A stretch of DNA of 64,000 nt from Octopus sinensis (lineage: Eukaryota), in assembly GCF_006345805.1 (NCBI RefSeq), contig NC_043008.1, positions 77,252,001-77,316,000 of the forward strand. Direction: 5' to 3'. Under the pieces are notes generated by a model. That model worked only from the letters and a program-made list of their open reading frames with translations. It did not search any database and was not told the origin of the DNA. The position numbers and the translations under genes were made by a program. Shown piece after piece: positions 26,980 to 39,775 of the stretch. Each line of letters begins with the position of its first letter. The stretch's first letter is position 1.

Positions 26980-27485
26980 CCCTACCCCTCTCTCCTTCCT
27001 CCTCACCGGTGTCCGGCCAGCCATGATCCTTCTTTCTTGGCCTGACTGCTGACCGCCAATACATCTTATGTCCATCTCCTATGTTCCTGCGTTTAGGCTT
27101 TCACTTCATACACGCCAGCTCAGTTTGATTCGTTCTCAGCCGAAAGACACCTGTTGTTATATTCTTGTTGTTTGTATTTGTTATTGTGTACCATGTTCTC
27201 CGTCTTTTGTCTTTGTTGCCGTACACATTCGCGAGCTTTCTTACAAAAAAAGTCTAATGCTCTTAGCTTAGACTTTTTGGGGGTCAACTAGATCGAACTG
27301 TCTCAAGTGTAACTGCCCGAAACAGTAAGGACTTCTGGTAACTTGACTGAGGAAAGAAGGCCATGAATGACCCGTCTTTTTTTTTTGCCTGTCATTCTAA
27401 CTGTTGTTTCTCCTGTCCGCTTTGGTATCGTCTATATGTCCGAATGTTTTATTGTCCTCTATTACGTTTTTGTTCCATTTCATAT
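26980..27485. repeat. Dispersed ~500-bp repeat, copy 1 (possibly a Penelope terminal repeat)
   Basis: Highly similar to 42268-42670; a partial third copy lies at about 40015-40100. Confidence 0.9.
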
Positions 27486-27524
27486 ATATATATATATATA
27501 ATATATATATATATTATATATATA

Positions 27525-27578
<54 letters not shown>

Positions 27579-27705
27579 TGTTGTGTCTGGGGAGACTCAT
27601 TTTCTTTTTGTGCCTTATAATTTAAATCTTGCAAACCAAATCCCAAAACGAAATACATACATACATACATACATACATACATACATACATACATACATAC
27701 ACACA

Positions 27706-27741
<36 letters not shown>

Positions 27742-28029
27742 TTCTTAAATAGAGGCGATTACCAGCATTTTTAACTTAGCATAAAAATTGTGGAAATGCT
27801 TTCCACGTTGATGACATTATTAATCCATAAATAAAAACTGTTGATCCACCAAAGGCGGTGATGAGCTCTCATCCTCACTGTCTGATACTATGCTATCATA
27901 TGTGTGTGTGTGTGTATGTGTGTGTGTATGTGTGTGTGTATGTGTGAGCATCAAATATATATATTCATACCTAACTTTAAGTTTTATGTACTTTTTATTT
28001 TCTTTATACTAGAGAGAAAATATTGCAGG

Positions 28030-28345
28030 CATACTCTTATACGCACGCATGCATGCTGCTGTAAGACGTGACATGGATGACGCAACAGGAGTTATGACTG
28101 TGCCCGCACGCCGGGCTGCTTTGTTTCAGGACTGCTGTGTTTCTGAAACAAAGCACTTGTACTGCCAATGCTACTGTATCCCTTCAAGAACTGGACGATT
28201 TGTAGGAGCACAAAGAAAACGTGAAGAGCGCAAGTCGAGAGCCAAATTCTCGCCTTTAGTGCCAGCCGACCACCAGTCACCGACATGGCGACAGAGCCTT
28301 TAGAGTACGCATTGCTCTGATCGGTTACAACCGGATACACCGTGC
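28030..28345 (+). mobile_element. RTE/BovB-type LINE 3' fragment
   Basis: AQRKREERKSRA followed by shifted-frame RAFRVRIALIG, matching the BovB-like C-terminal CxxC..FRARIGL.SH. Confidence 0.6.
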
Positions 28346-28404
28346 CCCGTCTTCCCCCATGTAATGTACTTGGTTATCGTCGATAACGACGGACGAACTT
28401 TGAT

Positions 28405-28571
<167 letters not shown>

Positions 28572-29120
28572 GAGTGAGAGAGCAGTACATGCAATCTAAG
28601 TGACACTGGGGTAAAATATACGAAGCCCAATATACCCATCATGACTACCCGTCTGATAAGGGTACACCAGGCACATGCATCACAACCATATGTGCGTGAC
28701 ATGGTGATCTCATATCAAGATAAACAGCACATGACCTTGCAGGTGGGGCCCAGTTAGAATTTTCTTCAGGTTGAGTAGCCCATCCCGCTCAAAAGGTCCC
28801 TGAATAAGGGTTGTTTAAGGATGTTGAAAGAACCACCCATGTTTCCAGAGGTGAATTATTCAAACCCCAAAGAATCCCTCTCAACACGTGGCTATAATGC
28901 TCCCCCCACTACTTCTGCTCATGATCAAAGTTGCACATATCGTCAGCCATTAAGGGACATGCTCAACTGGTTAAGGTTAAACAACTGACAAGCAAATCTG
29001 TGGTATTGAGCAGAATATTTGCTGTAGCCTATCTTTTATACCAAGACAAAACAATGTACATGTTAACACGTCCAATCAGTTAAGATCAGAAGCCATGAGA
29101 GCCACTGCCTGGTACTGCAT
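28572..29120 (-). mobile_element. Unclassified ~550-bp non-coding interspersed element embedded in microsatellite
   Basis: Complex sequence with sharp microsatellite boundaries and no ORF; recalled as an abundant Octopus repeat (not verified). Its head GATGCAGTACCA recurs at 53910-53960. Confidence 0.55.
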
Positions 29121-29240
29121 CTTCTTCTTCTTCTTCTTCTTCTTCTTCTTCTTCTTCTTCTTCTTCTTCTTCTTCTTCTTCTTCTTCTTCTTCTTCTTCT
29201 TCTTCTTCTTCTTCTTCTTCTTCTTCTTCTTCTTCTTCTT

Positions 29241-29321
<81 letters not shown>
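29121..29321. repeat. (TTC)~50 followed by (ATT)n
   Basis: Direct reading. Confidence 0.98.
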
Positions 29322-29322
<1 letters not shown>

Positions 29323-29324
29323 CT

Positions 29325-29465
29325 TTGATGGTGATTATACCACTTGTCGGCAATTTTGATATTGTAATGCCGACTAATTAGCCAGTGGAGATATTGGCCA
29401 ACTCTGTCATGTCTTAATTTATACTCCACTGGTGCTAAGACTTTACATCCAGAGATTAGGTGGTC
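29325..29465 (-). mobile_element. REL-LINE zinc-finger fragment (second subfamily)
   Basis: DHLISGCKVLAPVEYKLRHDRVGQYLHW, bounded by (AAT)n on both sides. Confidence 0.8.
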
Positions 29466-29487
29466 CTTATTATTATTATTAATTAGA

Positions 29488-32400
29488 AAACGATCGTTTT
29501 CAAGCACTGAAGGTGGTTTGTGTCCTCACCAGGTTTTATCATGGGACAGGTTCAGGTTTTTGCAAATTACCCAGTGAATATATTGTGCTGTTCTATCATG
29601 CCTGTTGAGATACTCTGTAGGTGCAAGAAGACTGCACCTGGAGACAACATGATCAATGGTTTAATTTTGTTGTCGACATACACAACATGTTGGGCAGCTA
29701 CTTTTTTTTAATATTTTGGCCTGGTAGCTCCTAGTAGGTAGGCATTGATCTTGGGCTGCTATGATAAACCCTTCTGTTTCTGATTTTAAGCCAGAAACCA
29801 CTAACCAATGATGGGTAAGGGTTTTGTCAACATTGGCACTATCATCTCTCTTTGGGTATTTGCCACTGAGAGGTTTTTCTTGCCCTTTATCAGTAATAAT
29901 ATCTAAGGCAGCAGTTTTAGCACGAGTTTTCATACGCTTAGCTTTTTCTGTGCTTGTTTCTAGTACATCTCATTCTGGAATTTGTTGTATTTGGAATTCA
30001 CTTAGATATTCATTTGCCTGTTTTGAAACTGAGTATGAAGCTTTCTTGTTTTCATGCTTTAAGACACGTTTTAACATCCAGTCATCAGTTTTTCATGTAG
30101 GTGTCTTGGCCAATTGTGGCAATCTTCATTGTTATTCCAGTTGTAAAAGTCCACGGCCTCCCACTTTTCTTGGCAGATAAAGTCGTTCTATATCTGCTTT
30201 AGGGTGGTGCATTCTATGCATTGTCAACAATTTTCGTACACATTTCGGTAGTTGTCCAGTTAATGATCTTAAAACTGCAAGTCACGACTAAAGTACTGAT
30301 CGCTTCGATCCTGTTTCTTGCATTCAGCTCTGTCTTGCGTATCGCCCTTACTCTGCGATAACATTCTCTTCTGATCTTTTCCTCATCACTGAATGTTTGA
30401 TTCCATCCCCTTCAAATGCTCCTATGTATTTGTAGCTCTCCGCTGCTTCTAATTCCTTTATGACATTCTGCTGGTCAAGATTAACATTGGATGTTTCTTT
30501 AATAAAGGTAACTTTTGCACATTTATGGAGGCCAAAATGCATCCTGATGTCATCACTGAATTGTTAAATAATCGCTAGTAATCCCAGTAGTTGTTGGTCA
30601 TGTTTTGCAGAGAGCTTCAAATCATCTATGTAAATGAGATGATTTATATTTTTATCAAACATTTTATAACCGTATTGTACATCATTGAGCAATTTCAAGA
30701 GAGGTATTAAAGCTAGACAAAAGAGGAGTGGTGATAGAAAGCCACCCTGGGAAATGCCACATGAAATTCTTACATCTCCGGCATTAAGAGATTCATTGTC
30801 ACTGTTCAAAGGCAGTGTGGTTCTCCATTATCTCATACTTACAGACAAGAAGTTTCGCAGAGTAGGTGCTATTTTATACATTTCCAGCCATTTCTTAATC
30901 TAGTTATGTGGTAGAATATCAAAAGCATTTTTATAGTCTATCCAGGCTATCGACAAGTTACTGTGTCTTTTGTGACAATCTTCCAAGATCATCTTATTGA
31001 TGAGTAGCTGATCTTTACAATCATAAGGCCCAGGTTTACATTCTTTTTGCTCATTATGGAATATGCCACCTTCTATTAAAAAACTATTCAGTCAAGGCAG
31101 ATGTTAGCATTTTATACATTGTTGTTATGGGTCTGTAATTTTTTGGTTCATTTGTTTCTTCATTTTTTGGTAATAGGAATATTACGACATTAACTAGCCA
31201 AGAAGGAATCATACTAGGTTGTTGGAAAACATTTTTGTTAGCAGTTCATGGCTCTCTTGGAAGGCATTTAACCAGAAATTAGGAATTTTATACTTTCCTA
31301 GAGACTTCCATTTGCTTGACTTCATGAGAGCAGATCTTACATCCTCTACCTTGATATCCTACCACTTGCCCTTCTAAGGAATCTAAGTCTCTAGATATTC
31401 TATCTATCCAAGGGATCTTTTCATTGTGTGTTATTTCTTCGTGATTTGATATTTTTAGATCATGTAGTTCTGTTGGGTCAATTTCTCTGTGACTTTCTTC
31501 ATCTATTTGATTTTCATCTGTCTTATGTTTTTGGTTGGCTCAGAGAGTATTTCATTTTGCTTATCAGTTACATTATCTCTTTCAATCATTATTGCATTTC
31601 CATCAGATCTGAGCTGGTCTAAAATTATTTCCTCTATAGTATATTCTTTAGCTGCAACTTCGTTCCTTTTATCCCTTACTGATTGTTTAATTTGGTCAAT
31701 CTCTAATTCAGTGAGTTATTTCTTTTTTATAATATTTCTTCTGACGTTGGCAAGTTTGTTACTATCTATGTATGGTCTTACTTCAAGGTGTTTCTGTCTC
31801 CAGTTTAAGTAGGTTTGTACAGTATTAGATTCATTTGTGGGGAAATATATGGCCTGATAGAAGGCCGTAAGAACTTCTTTATTATCTCCCCTAGACCATT
31901 TTTCATTCTTTTTCTTTTTATTATTTGACGACGAGCATGTATGACCATCTCTTGGAATATTCCGGTTGTGGGTACTTCCAGCTCCTGCGTTTCGGGAAGA
32001 TTTGAACCTGTAGTTGATTTTTCGTATGGAATCTGGTTTATCATTCGAGTATGTGGTCCTTGGTGTTCTGGCTGATAACAAATTCGGTTTGTATTTTGCT
32101 TTGGCATTGAGGCATGACGAGCTCGGACATTGGCATTAGGGAACGGATCTATCTGTTTAGGGTTAATTTTTTGAGACAACACCACATCCGAGTTCTCTAC
32201 ATGTAAACATTACTAGTAACGTAGCTTCTTAAGGCTAACAAATCTGTTTTCGTCAGTATTTTTTCTTTTTATTGATAGATTTATCTCCGAGAATAGTTTT
32301 TTGTGGTGTTTTTAAACTTATGAATTGTTCACTCTGTCTCTGTTAATAAAAAAAATAGTCATGCTTTGTTGTTTTTCATTTTTGCTTCATTTGTGGCACG

Positions 32401-32797
32401 TGTTTTCATATACGTGTATGTGTGTCCAATAAATTTCATGTAGTTGTGTAAACATTGGGATGTATGTGTAGTCCCATGGATATCAAAATGTATATGATTG
32501 TGTAGACATTGGAGTGTATGCGTAATTACTCAATTTGTGTACTTACTGTTTTGTTCAATTTCCTTTTTATAACTTGTAAACTTTCTGGTGTTGATTTCGT
32601 GTGTCATTCGCATATATTTCACCGAGACATCGTGCATAAGAGAAACTGTGCTTTGTATGGCAGTAAAATTTCGTTGTTGTGGGTATTTTCGTTAAAATAC
32701 CGCTTCCTTCAAGTCTTCTACGGGGTCCTTTATCCCATTCTACCGATATTATTAAATTAGATTTGTTTTTGAATGGGGAGCCCGGTGTAGTACATTC
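29488..32797 (-). mobile_element. R4/Dong-like REL-endonuclease LINE, 5' region to zinc finger, 3'-truncated and decayed
   Basis: N-terminal KWS..DNKEVL..FY; RT GISQGGFLSPLLFCLAL and HLIYIDDLKL; ETEGFIIAAQDQCL; CCHC region TIDHVVS..RHD. The 5' end abuts (AAT)n. Confidence 0.88.
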
Positions 32798-32857
32798 ATT
32801 TATTATTATTATTATTATTATTATATTATTATTATTATTTTATTATTATTATTATTA

Positions 32858-33308
32858 TTCAGTAGTTTTATTTTTATAGCGTGCTTTCACTTCACTACCG
32901 AGCGCAGCTCTGTGTGCCTTGGGTATGTGCTGTGATTTGTTGTGATGCTCTGACGGTTATTGTATGGAAAGTGTTCTGCGTAGGATGTGTGCAGTGCCTA
33001 GTAGTGCAATTTTCTGTATGTTATATGTGTTTGTAAGTCCTCGTGCTTTTGTTATGTATTTGTCTGAATATTTTTTTATCATGCCTAATGCACCTACTAT
33101 GATAGGAATTGTTTCTGTTTTCAGGTTCCACATTCTAGTTACCTCTATTTCCAGGTCTTTGTATTTTAAGAGTTTCTCCATTTCTTTTAGAGATACGTTG
33201 TCATCTGCCGGTATTGATACATCAATTAGAAAGCATTTTTTTTTCTTCATGATCTCTGACAACTATATCTGGTCTGTTGGCCTTAATTTCTCTATCTGTG
33301 TGTATCGG
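32858..33308 (-). mobile_element. R4/Dong-like LINE 3' fragment (REL endonuclease + 3'UTR)
   Basis: RPTD..CFLIDVSIP..EKLLKYKDL..IPIIVGALG..LLGTAHILRR*; (AAT)n on both sides. Confidence 0.9.
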
Positions 33309-33309
<1 letters not shown>

Positions 33310-33372
<63 letters not shown>

Positions 33373-33395
33373 GTTATTATTGTTATTATTGTTAC

Positions 33396-33451
<56 letters not shown>

Positions 33452-33479
33452 TATTATTATTATATTATTATTATTATTA
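33310..33479. repeat. (ATT)n microsatellite
   Basis: Direct reading. Confidence 0.97.
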
Positions 33480-33480
33480 A

Positions 33481-33700
33481 GGCGGGGAGCTGGCAGAATC
33501 GTTAGCGCGCTGGACAAAATGCTTAGTGGTATTTCGTCTGTCGCTATGCTCTGAGTTCAAATTCCACCGAGGTCGATTTTGCCAAAAATCCTTTCGGTGT
33601 CGATGAAATAAGTAACAGTTACGCACTAGGGTCGATGTAATCGACTGTTCCCCATGCCCAAAATTTCAGGCCTTGTGTCTAAAGTAGAAAGGATTACTAT
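33481..33700 (+). mobile_element. SINE family A
   Basis: GGCGGGGAGCTGGCAGAATCGTTAG head, GAGTTCAAATTCC B box, AGAAAGGATTACT tail. Confidence 0.9.
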
Positions 33701-33735
33701 TATCTTGGTCATGATCATCATCATCATCATCATCA

Positions 33736-33921
33736 AAGCGGTGAACTTCCGGAATTGTTACCACGCCGGTCAAAATGCTCAGCCGTATTTCGTTTTAAGT
33801 TCAAATTCCGCTGAGGTCGACTTTGCCTTTCATCCTTTCGGGGTTGATAAATACCAGTGAAACACTGGGGTCGATCTAATCGACTATCTCCCCACCCACC
33901 CAAAATTTAGTAGAAAGGATT
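33736..33921 (+). mobile_element. SINE family A
   Basis: Same head, B box and tail, ending in (ATT)n. Confidence 0.85.
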
Positions 33922-34393
33922 ATTATTATTATTATTGTTGTTGTTGTTGTTATTATTATTATTAGAAGTAGTAGTGGTATTAGTAGTAGTAGTAGTAGTA
34001 GTAGAAGAAGTAGTAGTAGTTGTAGTAGTAGTAGTTGTAGTTTCCTAGACTTCTTACATCTATCTGTATGTATAGATACCTTCTATCTGTAAATGTTCTA
34101 AAATCTACACAGCCTTGGTTTTTTTTATCTCATTACGAAAAAAATTTGTGTGTGTGTGTGTGTGTGCGTGCATGCACTTGTGTATGTATGTATATGTGAA
34201 AATCACCACATGATCCATAGACTGAAAAAAATATACACTAAATTATGAACATACACACAAACTTAGAAAATATACACAATCATAGCAACGTTGTAAATAT
34301 TTTGACGCTCAAATACGTAAAAAACATAAAATTTGGTAACAGTGTGCACATATATGTAAATATATAAATTATTAACAGGGGTAAAATATTCGT

Positions 34394-34602
34394 TTCTACT
34401 CTAGGCACAAGGCCCAAAATTTTGGAGGAGGGGTGCCTGTCGAATAGATCGAACCAGTACACAACTGGTACTTAATTTATCGAACCCGAAAGGATGAAAG
34501 CAAAGTCGACCTCGGCGGAATTTGAACTCAGAACTAAAAGACAGACGTAATACCGCTAAACATTTTGCCCAACATGCTAACGTTTCTGCCAGCTCGCTGC
34601 TT
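34394..34602 (-). mobile_element. SINE family A
   Basis: Full reverse-complement copy with CpGs retained. Confidence 0.9.
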
Positions 34603-34808
34603 TACTTAGGTAAAATATCAACGGCGGTATGTGTATCTTTTAGCGTGCAGAAAATTCGAATTGAATCGAATTTAAGCTAACGTTGAGCTAAGGGAGATAA
34701 TTGTCGAAAAGTTGTCTCCCATGAGCTTTTGTAACACGTAGAACCTGGTGTTATTCTATGCTGTGACGCCGCCCTTAGTCGAATAAATTGACCACTGAAC
34801 TTACTCTT

Positions 34809-37800
34809 TGTTATGTGTTATTTTGTTCTAATGGGATAGACAACCGATATGAAGCCCTTGTTATTGTTTTACGTGTTTAATTACTTTTTCATGTTACACG
34901 AACTGACCACATTCAGCGCAGCGACACCTATATAACTTTAGACACAGCGTAGTAATACTTATAAAATAGTGCCAAAAGCGGGGACGCATTCCACACGCGC
35001 ACGCCCATGCATTAGCGTATATATGAATGTGTAACATCCCTTCTTGAAAAAAAATAAAGGGATCTTTTGGCAGTGAAGACAAATATAGTAGTCTCCCTTA
35101 CTCTAATGGATTGTCAGCGCGAGGTGGCAATCCTGCAGCAGAAACCGTGAGATTATTCTGCCTCTGCTTTGTAATCTAGCAGAATTAGTTACTTATCTTT
35201 TAATTTTTTTTCTTTTTTTTTTTGAAAAAACTTTATCATGAATAAAAAGAGAAAATATTTACATTTTTTTTTCAAAATATACCATTAGTTTCAATTGCCT
35301 AAAAAAAATTTAATAAGAAAATGAAAACCAAATTGAGTAAAATAAAATTAATCATAGCAGTTTTTTTCTTTAACGGTATCGAACTGGTGGCAGGATGTTC
35401 TTTCTCCATCTGGTGGATCTTGTGCTTCGCACCGGTGTCTGAAGTGTGTTGTTGGGCTGCTGGTGGGTGGTTTGTGCCCATTGGGGTGATGATTCTGTGG
35501 GTGTTGTCACTGATGCAGTAGGTGTTGTACACGTTGTCTGCTGATGGGTGGTTGGTGCCCGTTGGGGTGATGATTCTGTGGGTGTTGTCACTGATGCAGC
35601 AGGTGTTGTACACGTTGTCCTCAACAGCTTTGGTGTTGGGCGGATGTGGGCCCTGTTGCGCCTCAGCTGCCTACCAGATTCCGTTTCTATTATATATGAT
35701 CTTGGATTTTCAGCTCTACTGACAACCTGTGCTGGAATCCATGTTTTAGTTATGGGATCTTGATTATGCACATGTTGTCCTCCAAGTATCTGAGGTAAGT
35801 ATTGTGCATGTTTGTTGTAATATTTCTGTGATTGTTTTTGAGTGGCTGCTAGCTTTGCCCTTGTCTCTTCCTGGTCAATAGGAGGTTGGATCTTAGTTGG
35901 CAGGGTAGTTTTGTACTTCCTGCCATTCAGCAATTCTGCTGGGGATTTCATGTCAGCTCTCAGTGGTGTCGCTCGTAGGGACAGAAGTGCCAGGTGTGGG
36001 TCTTCCTTGGTTTCTCGGCATTTGACTACTGTTCTCTTCACTGTCTGCACCTGTCTTTCTATAAACCCATGGCCTTTGGGGTAGTGTGGAGATGAGGTTG
36101 TAATATTGATGTCACTAGATATCATTTCCTCCTTTTGTTGTGAATTTCTGTACTTTTGACAGATGTAGCATGTAGAAACTGTCTTTTCTATGTCTTTGTA
36201 CATGCCTACCCAATACACTGCTGACTTGGCTCGGAGCTTGCATTTCTCCATTCCTAGATGCTCTTGGTGGATCTTGTCCAGAATCTCTTTTTGCATTGAC
36301 TTGGGTATAATTATTCGGGATCCAGCCATTAGAATTCCATTCTCCACTGATATATCATCATGGATGGCCCAATATTCACGAATTACGGGCTGCATCTGAT
36401 GTCTCTTTTCTGGCCACCCCTGAATCACCATCTGAGTAAGGAGCTGGAGTTCTTCATCTTTGCTGGTCTCCTCTTTGATTTCTGCTAACTTTGTGGTCGT
36501 TACATTTACAATGTGGTGGACCTTTATGCTTAGTCCTTCCATCTCCTGTTTATCATGTGAGGATAGTCTGGAAAGAACATCCGCCAATATCTGGTCTTTT
36601 CCTGGCTTGTACCTGATATCGTAGTCGTATGTTTGAAGCCTTAACAGTAATCTTTGCAGTCTGGCTGGTGCTTTTGTCAGGTTTTTTCTATGTATTTGTT
36701 CTAGCGGGCGATGGTCTGTTTCAATATTGAAATGTTTGCCATACAGGTATGTATGGAACTTTTCACATCGATATGCTACTGCCAGGAGTTCCCTTTCAAT
36801 ATTTGCGTACCTTGTCTCTGTGGGTGAGAGAGCTTTCGAGGCATATGCAATGGGTTTACCTTCCTGTATCAGTGCCAACTCCTCTCATAGAAGCATCGAC
36901 TTGGAGTGTTACTGGTTTGCATCTGTCATAGTATTGCAGAGTTGTCTCCTTACTGATGAGCTTTTTGATTGTTTTGAAATCCTGTGTGTGTGAAGCACAC
37001 CAATCAGACTCTACGTCATCTCTGTTTAGCTCTCGGAGATTTGCAGTGTGATCGGCCAGCTTGGGTATGAAGGCTCCCATGTAGTTGATGAGTCCCAGGA
37101 AGCTCCTGAGTTCCTTCCTGTCTTTAGGATCTTTAATATCTCTGATGGCTTCCACTTTAGCGGGGTCTGGCTTAACTCCCTCTGCAGAGTATATAATTCC
37201 AAAGAATTTGCACTCCTTTGCTTTTATCACACACTTGTCTGCATTGAGTTTGATGCCTGCTAGTCGGGTTTTCTCCATAGTTTCATGTAAATTGAAGTCG
37301 TCTGTGGTCTTATCCTTGCCATGCACTTGTATGTCATCTGCTTTCCAATTGCTTCCTTGCAGCCTTGGTAGGTCTCATCTATTTGGCGCTGGAAAACATC
37401 TTGGCTCACCTTCAATCCAAATGGGAGTCGGTTGAATCGATATCTGCCAAATGGTGTGTTGAAGGTAGTGAGCATGGATGACTCTTTGTCTATCTTTACA
37501 TTCCAGTACCCATTACTGGCATCCAGTTTGCTGAATAATTTGGACCCAGCCAATGATGGTGTGATTTCTTCAAGGGTTGGAATTGGATGGTACTCTCTTT
37601 TTAATGTCTTGTTCAGGTCCCTTGGGTCAAGGCATATCCGTAGGGTACCATTGGGTTTTTCTTTGATCACAATTGAATTTACCCAGTCTGTTGGTCGTGT
37701 CACTTTGGTGATTATTTCTTTTTTTTTCCATTTTGTCCAACTCTGTCTTCAGCTTCTCTTTTAATTCTAATGGAACGCGGTGAGGTGGGTGAACAATTGG

Positions 37801-39534
37801 TTTGGTATTGGGGTCGACTGTTATATGGTATCGACATTTCACAAAGCACCCGACTGTATCGTCAAAGCATTCAGGGTACATGCTTATCAGTTCCTCTTTG
37901 TTTGTGATTGGTGGTCGGTCTTTGATAGGCATATCACTGTCAATCCTGCTTGGAGCTGCTTTCACTTCACCATTGATTGACACAATATTTAGCTTTTTGC
38001 AGGTATTGAGTCCAAGAATTGCTGGTCCTTCTGTTCTTGTGACATAAAAAGAACACTTGATTATTTTTCCTTTGTGTGTCCCTGTAATTGTTGTTTTATC
38101 CAGTTGTGGAATCCTGGTACCTCCGTACGCAGTGAGGATTACATCACTTGGTGTGAGGATTCCTCTTGTGTCATGTGTTCTGGGAACATCTTTTTGTAGA
38201 GGTTGACAGGCAAGATATCACTCTGGGCTCCAGTGTCAATCTTCAGCCTTAAGTCAATGTTTATTCGTTTCTTGCCAGACTTCTTTTGTATTCTTATTGT
38301 TGTGTATACCTCATTTTTTTTCTGGTCGTCATTTCCCATCTCATGCACATTTATTGTGCCGACTGCCAAGAATTCCTCCTCTAAGGTGTTTTGTTCCTGT
38401 TGTTGTGCATGTATATCTCTTTGTCTTCTCTTTGAAAATTGGGGCTTGTATTTCTGAGATTTTTTTAGTCTACACATTTTTTCCCAGTGGTTAGGTTTTC
38501 CACATGCTTTGCAGTGTGTACCGAATGCAGGATATTTCTTCCGGTTATCGAACTCATGTTCTGTACCACAGTACTAGGATGTTCTTTGTTTGCGGGTATG
38601 TTTCGTCCTGTGCCTAGATACAATATCTACACTGCTGCCTAGTGAGCTTGTTTGTAAGGTAAGTGAGGCCATTTGTTTGGTAGTGGCTTCGAATGCTCTT
38701 GCAGTGTCTACTGCTTCTATCAACTGGAGAGCTTTGAGGGATTTTTGAACTTCTTTATGAGCGCACCCCCATATTAATTGATCAACAATTCTTTCGTCCT
38801 TATCTTTGAATTTGCATTTTTCGGCAACATTCTTTAGTCTGGACAGGAAATTGTCAATCGTTTCTTGTGGGTCTTGTTTTAGGCCCTGGAATTCGTATCT
38901 GTGAATTCTACGGTTCGATCTGGGCTCTAGGTGCCTTTCAAATTTCTCTAAAAGTGTGTCTGGGTTATTGCAATCCGATTCTGACATGTCCCAGCTATTG
39001 AATAGGTCTAGACCTTTTTCGCCCGTCCATAAAAGGATATTGCTTACCTTTTCATCTTCAGGAAACTTTTGAAAGCTAGTTGAGTTTTCTGTTTGAATTT
39101 CTTAAATGCTTCCACGATATCACCGGAGTCCCAGTTCGTGGTCGGATGTAGATTCAACTGTTCGGCGACGGGGGTCGCCATTTTGGATTCTCGTGTATGT
39201 GTGTCCGAAGACGAAGCGATGTTTAGTTTGTTAATTTCTGGTTCGTTGTGTTTCCGTTTTGTTTGTAAAGGCACAATTTCCGATTAATTATTTACCGCTG
39301 CCACCATGTTATGTATTATTTCGTTCTAATGGGATAGACAACCGATATGAAGCCATTGTTATTGTTTTACGTGTTTAATTACTTTTTCATGTTACACGAA
39401 CTGACCACATTCAGCGCAGCGACACCTATATAACTTTAGACACAGCGTAGTAATACTTATAAAATAGTGCCAAAAGCGGGGACGCATTCCACACACGCAC
39501 GCCCACGCATACGCATATATATGAATGTGTAACA
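34809..39534 (-). mobile_element. Ty3/Gypsy LTR retrotransposon, Mag-type, full length but defective (4726 bp)
   Basis: 228-bp LTRs (34809-35036 and 39307-39534; TG..CA; about 8 mismatches); 5-bp TSD CTCTT; PBS; PPT AAGAAGGGA; gag with CKACGKPNHWEKMC knuckle, protease IDTGAQ, RT (RICLDPRDLN, RLPFGL), RNase H (YASKAL..IERELLA), integrase (H..H..C..C; SSPHYP..G..ER). Confidence 0.97.
39294..39306 (-). other. Primer-binding site complementary to the tRNA-Leu 3' end
   Basis: TGGTGGCAGCGGT directly after the 5' LTR is complementary to ACCGCUGCCACCA, the 3' end of tRNA-Leu(AAG/UAG). Confidence 0.85.
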
Positions 39535-39722
39535 CTCTTTCTAAGCTTCTCGGCCTTTTGGCTAAGATCAAAGTGTAGCTTAGTACCTATTCTAGCGGTC
39601 TCTTTTGCCCAACTGCTTAGTTACGGGGACGTAAACACGCCAGTATCTGTTGTCAAGCAATGTTGGGGAGACACAGACACACAAGCGCGCACGCACACAC
39701 ACACACACACACACAACACACA

Positions 39723-39775
<53 letters not shown>

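Noticed and set aside
27305-27360. GAAAC..GTA..CTGAGGA as a permuted hammerhead
   Set aside because: Stems I and II cannot be formed convincingly.
28117-28155. 13-bp perfect hairpin as a pre-miRNA
   Set aside because: The stem is too short and lies in a decayed RTE fragment; more likely a local template-switch palindrome.
32650-32797. HDV-like ribozyme at the REL-LINE 5' end
   Set aside because: I could not find the P1/P2 pseudoknot pairings by eye; a covariance search would be needed.
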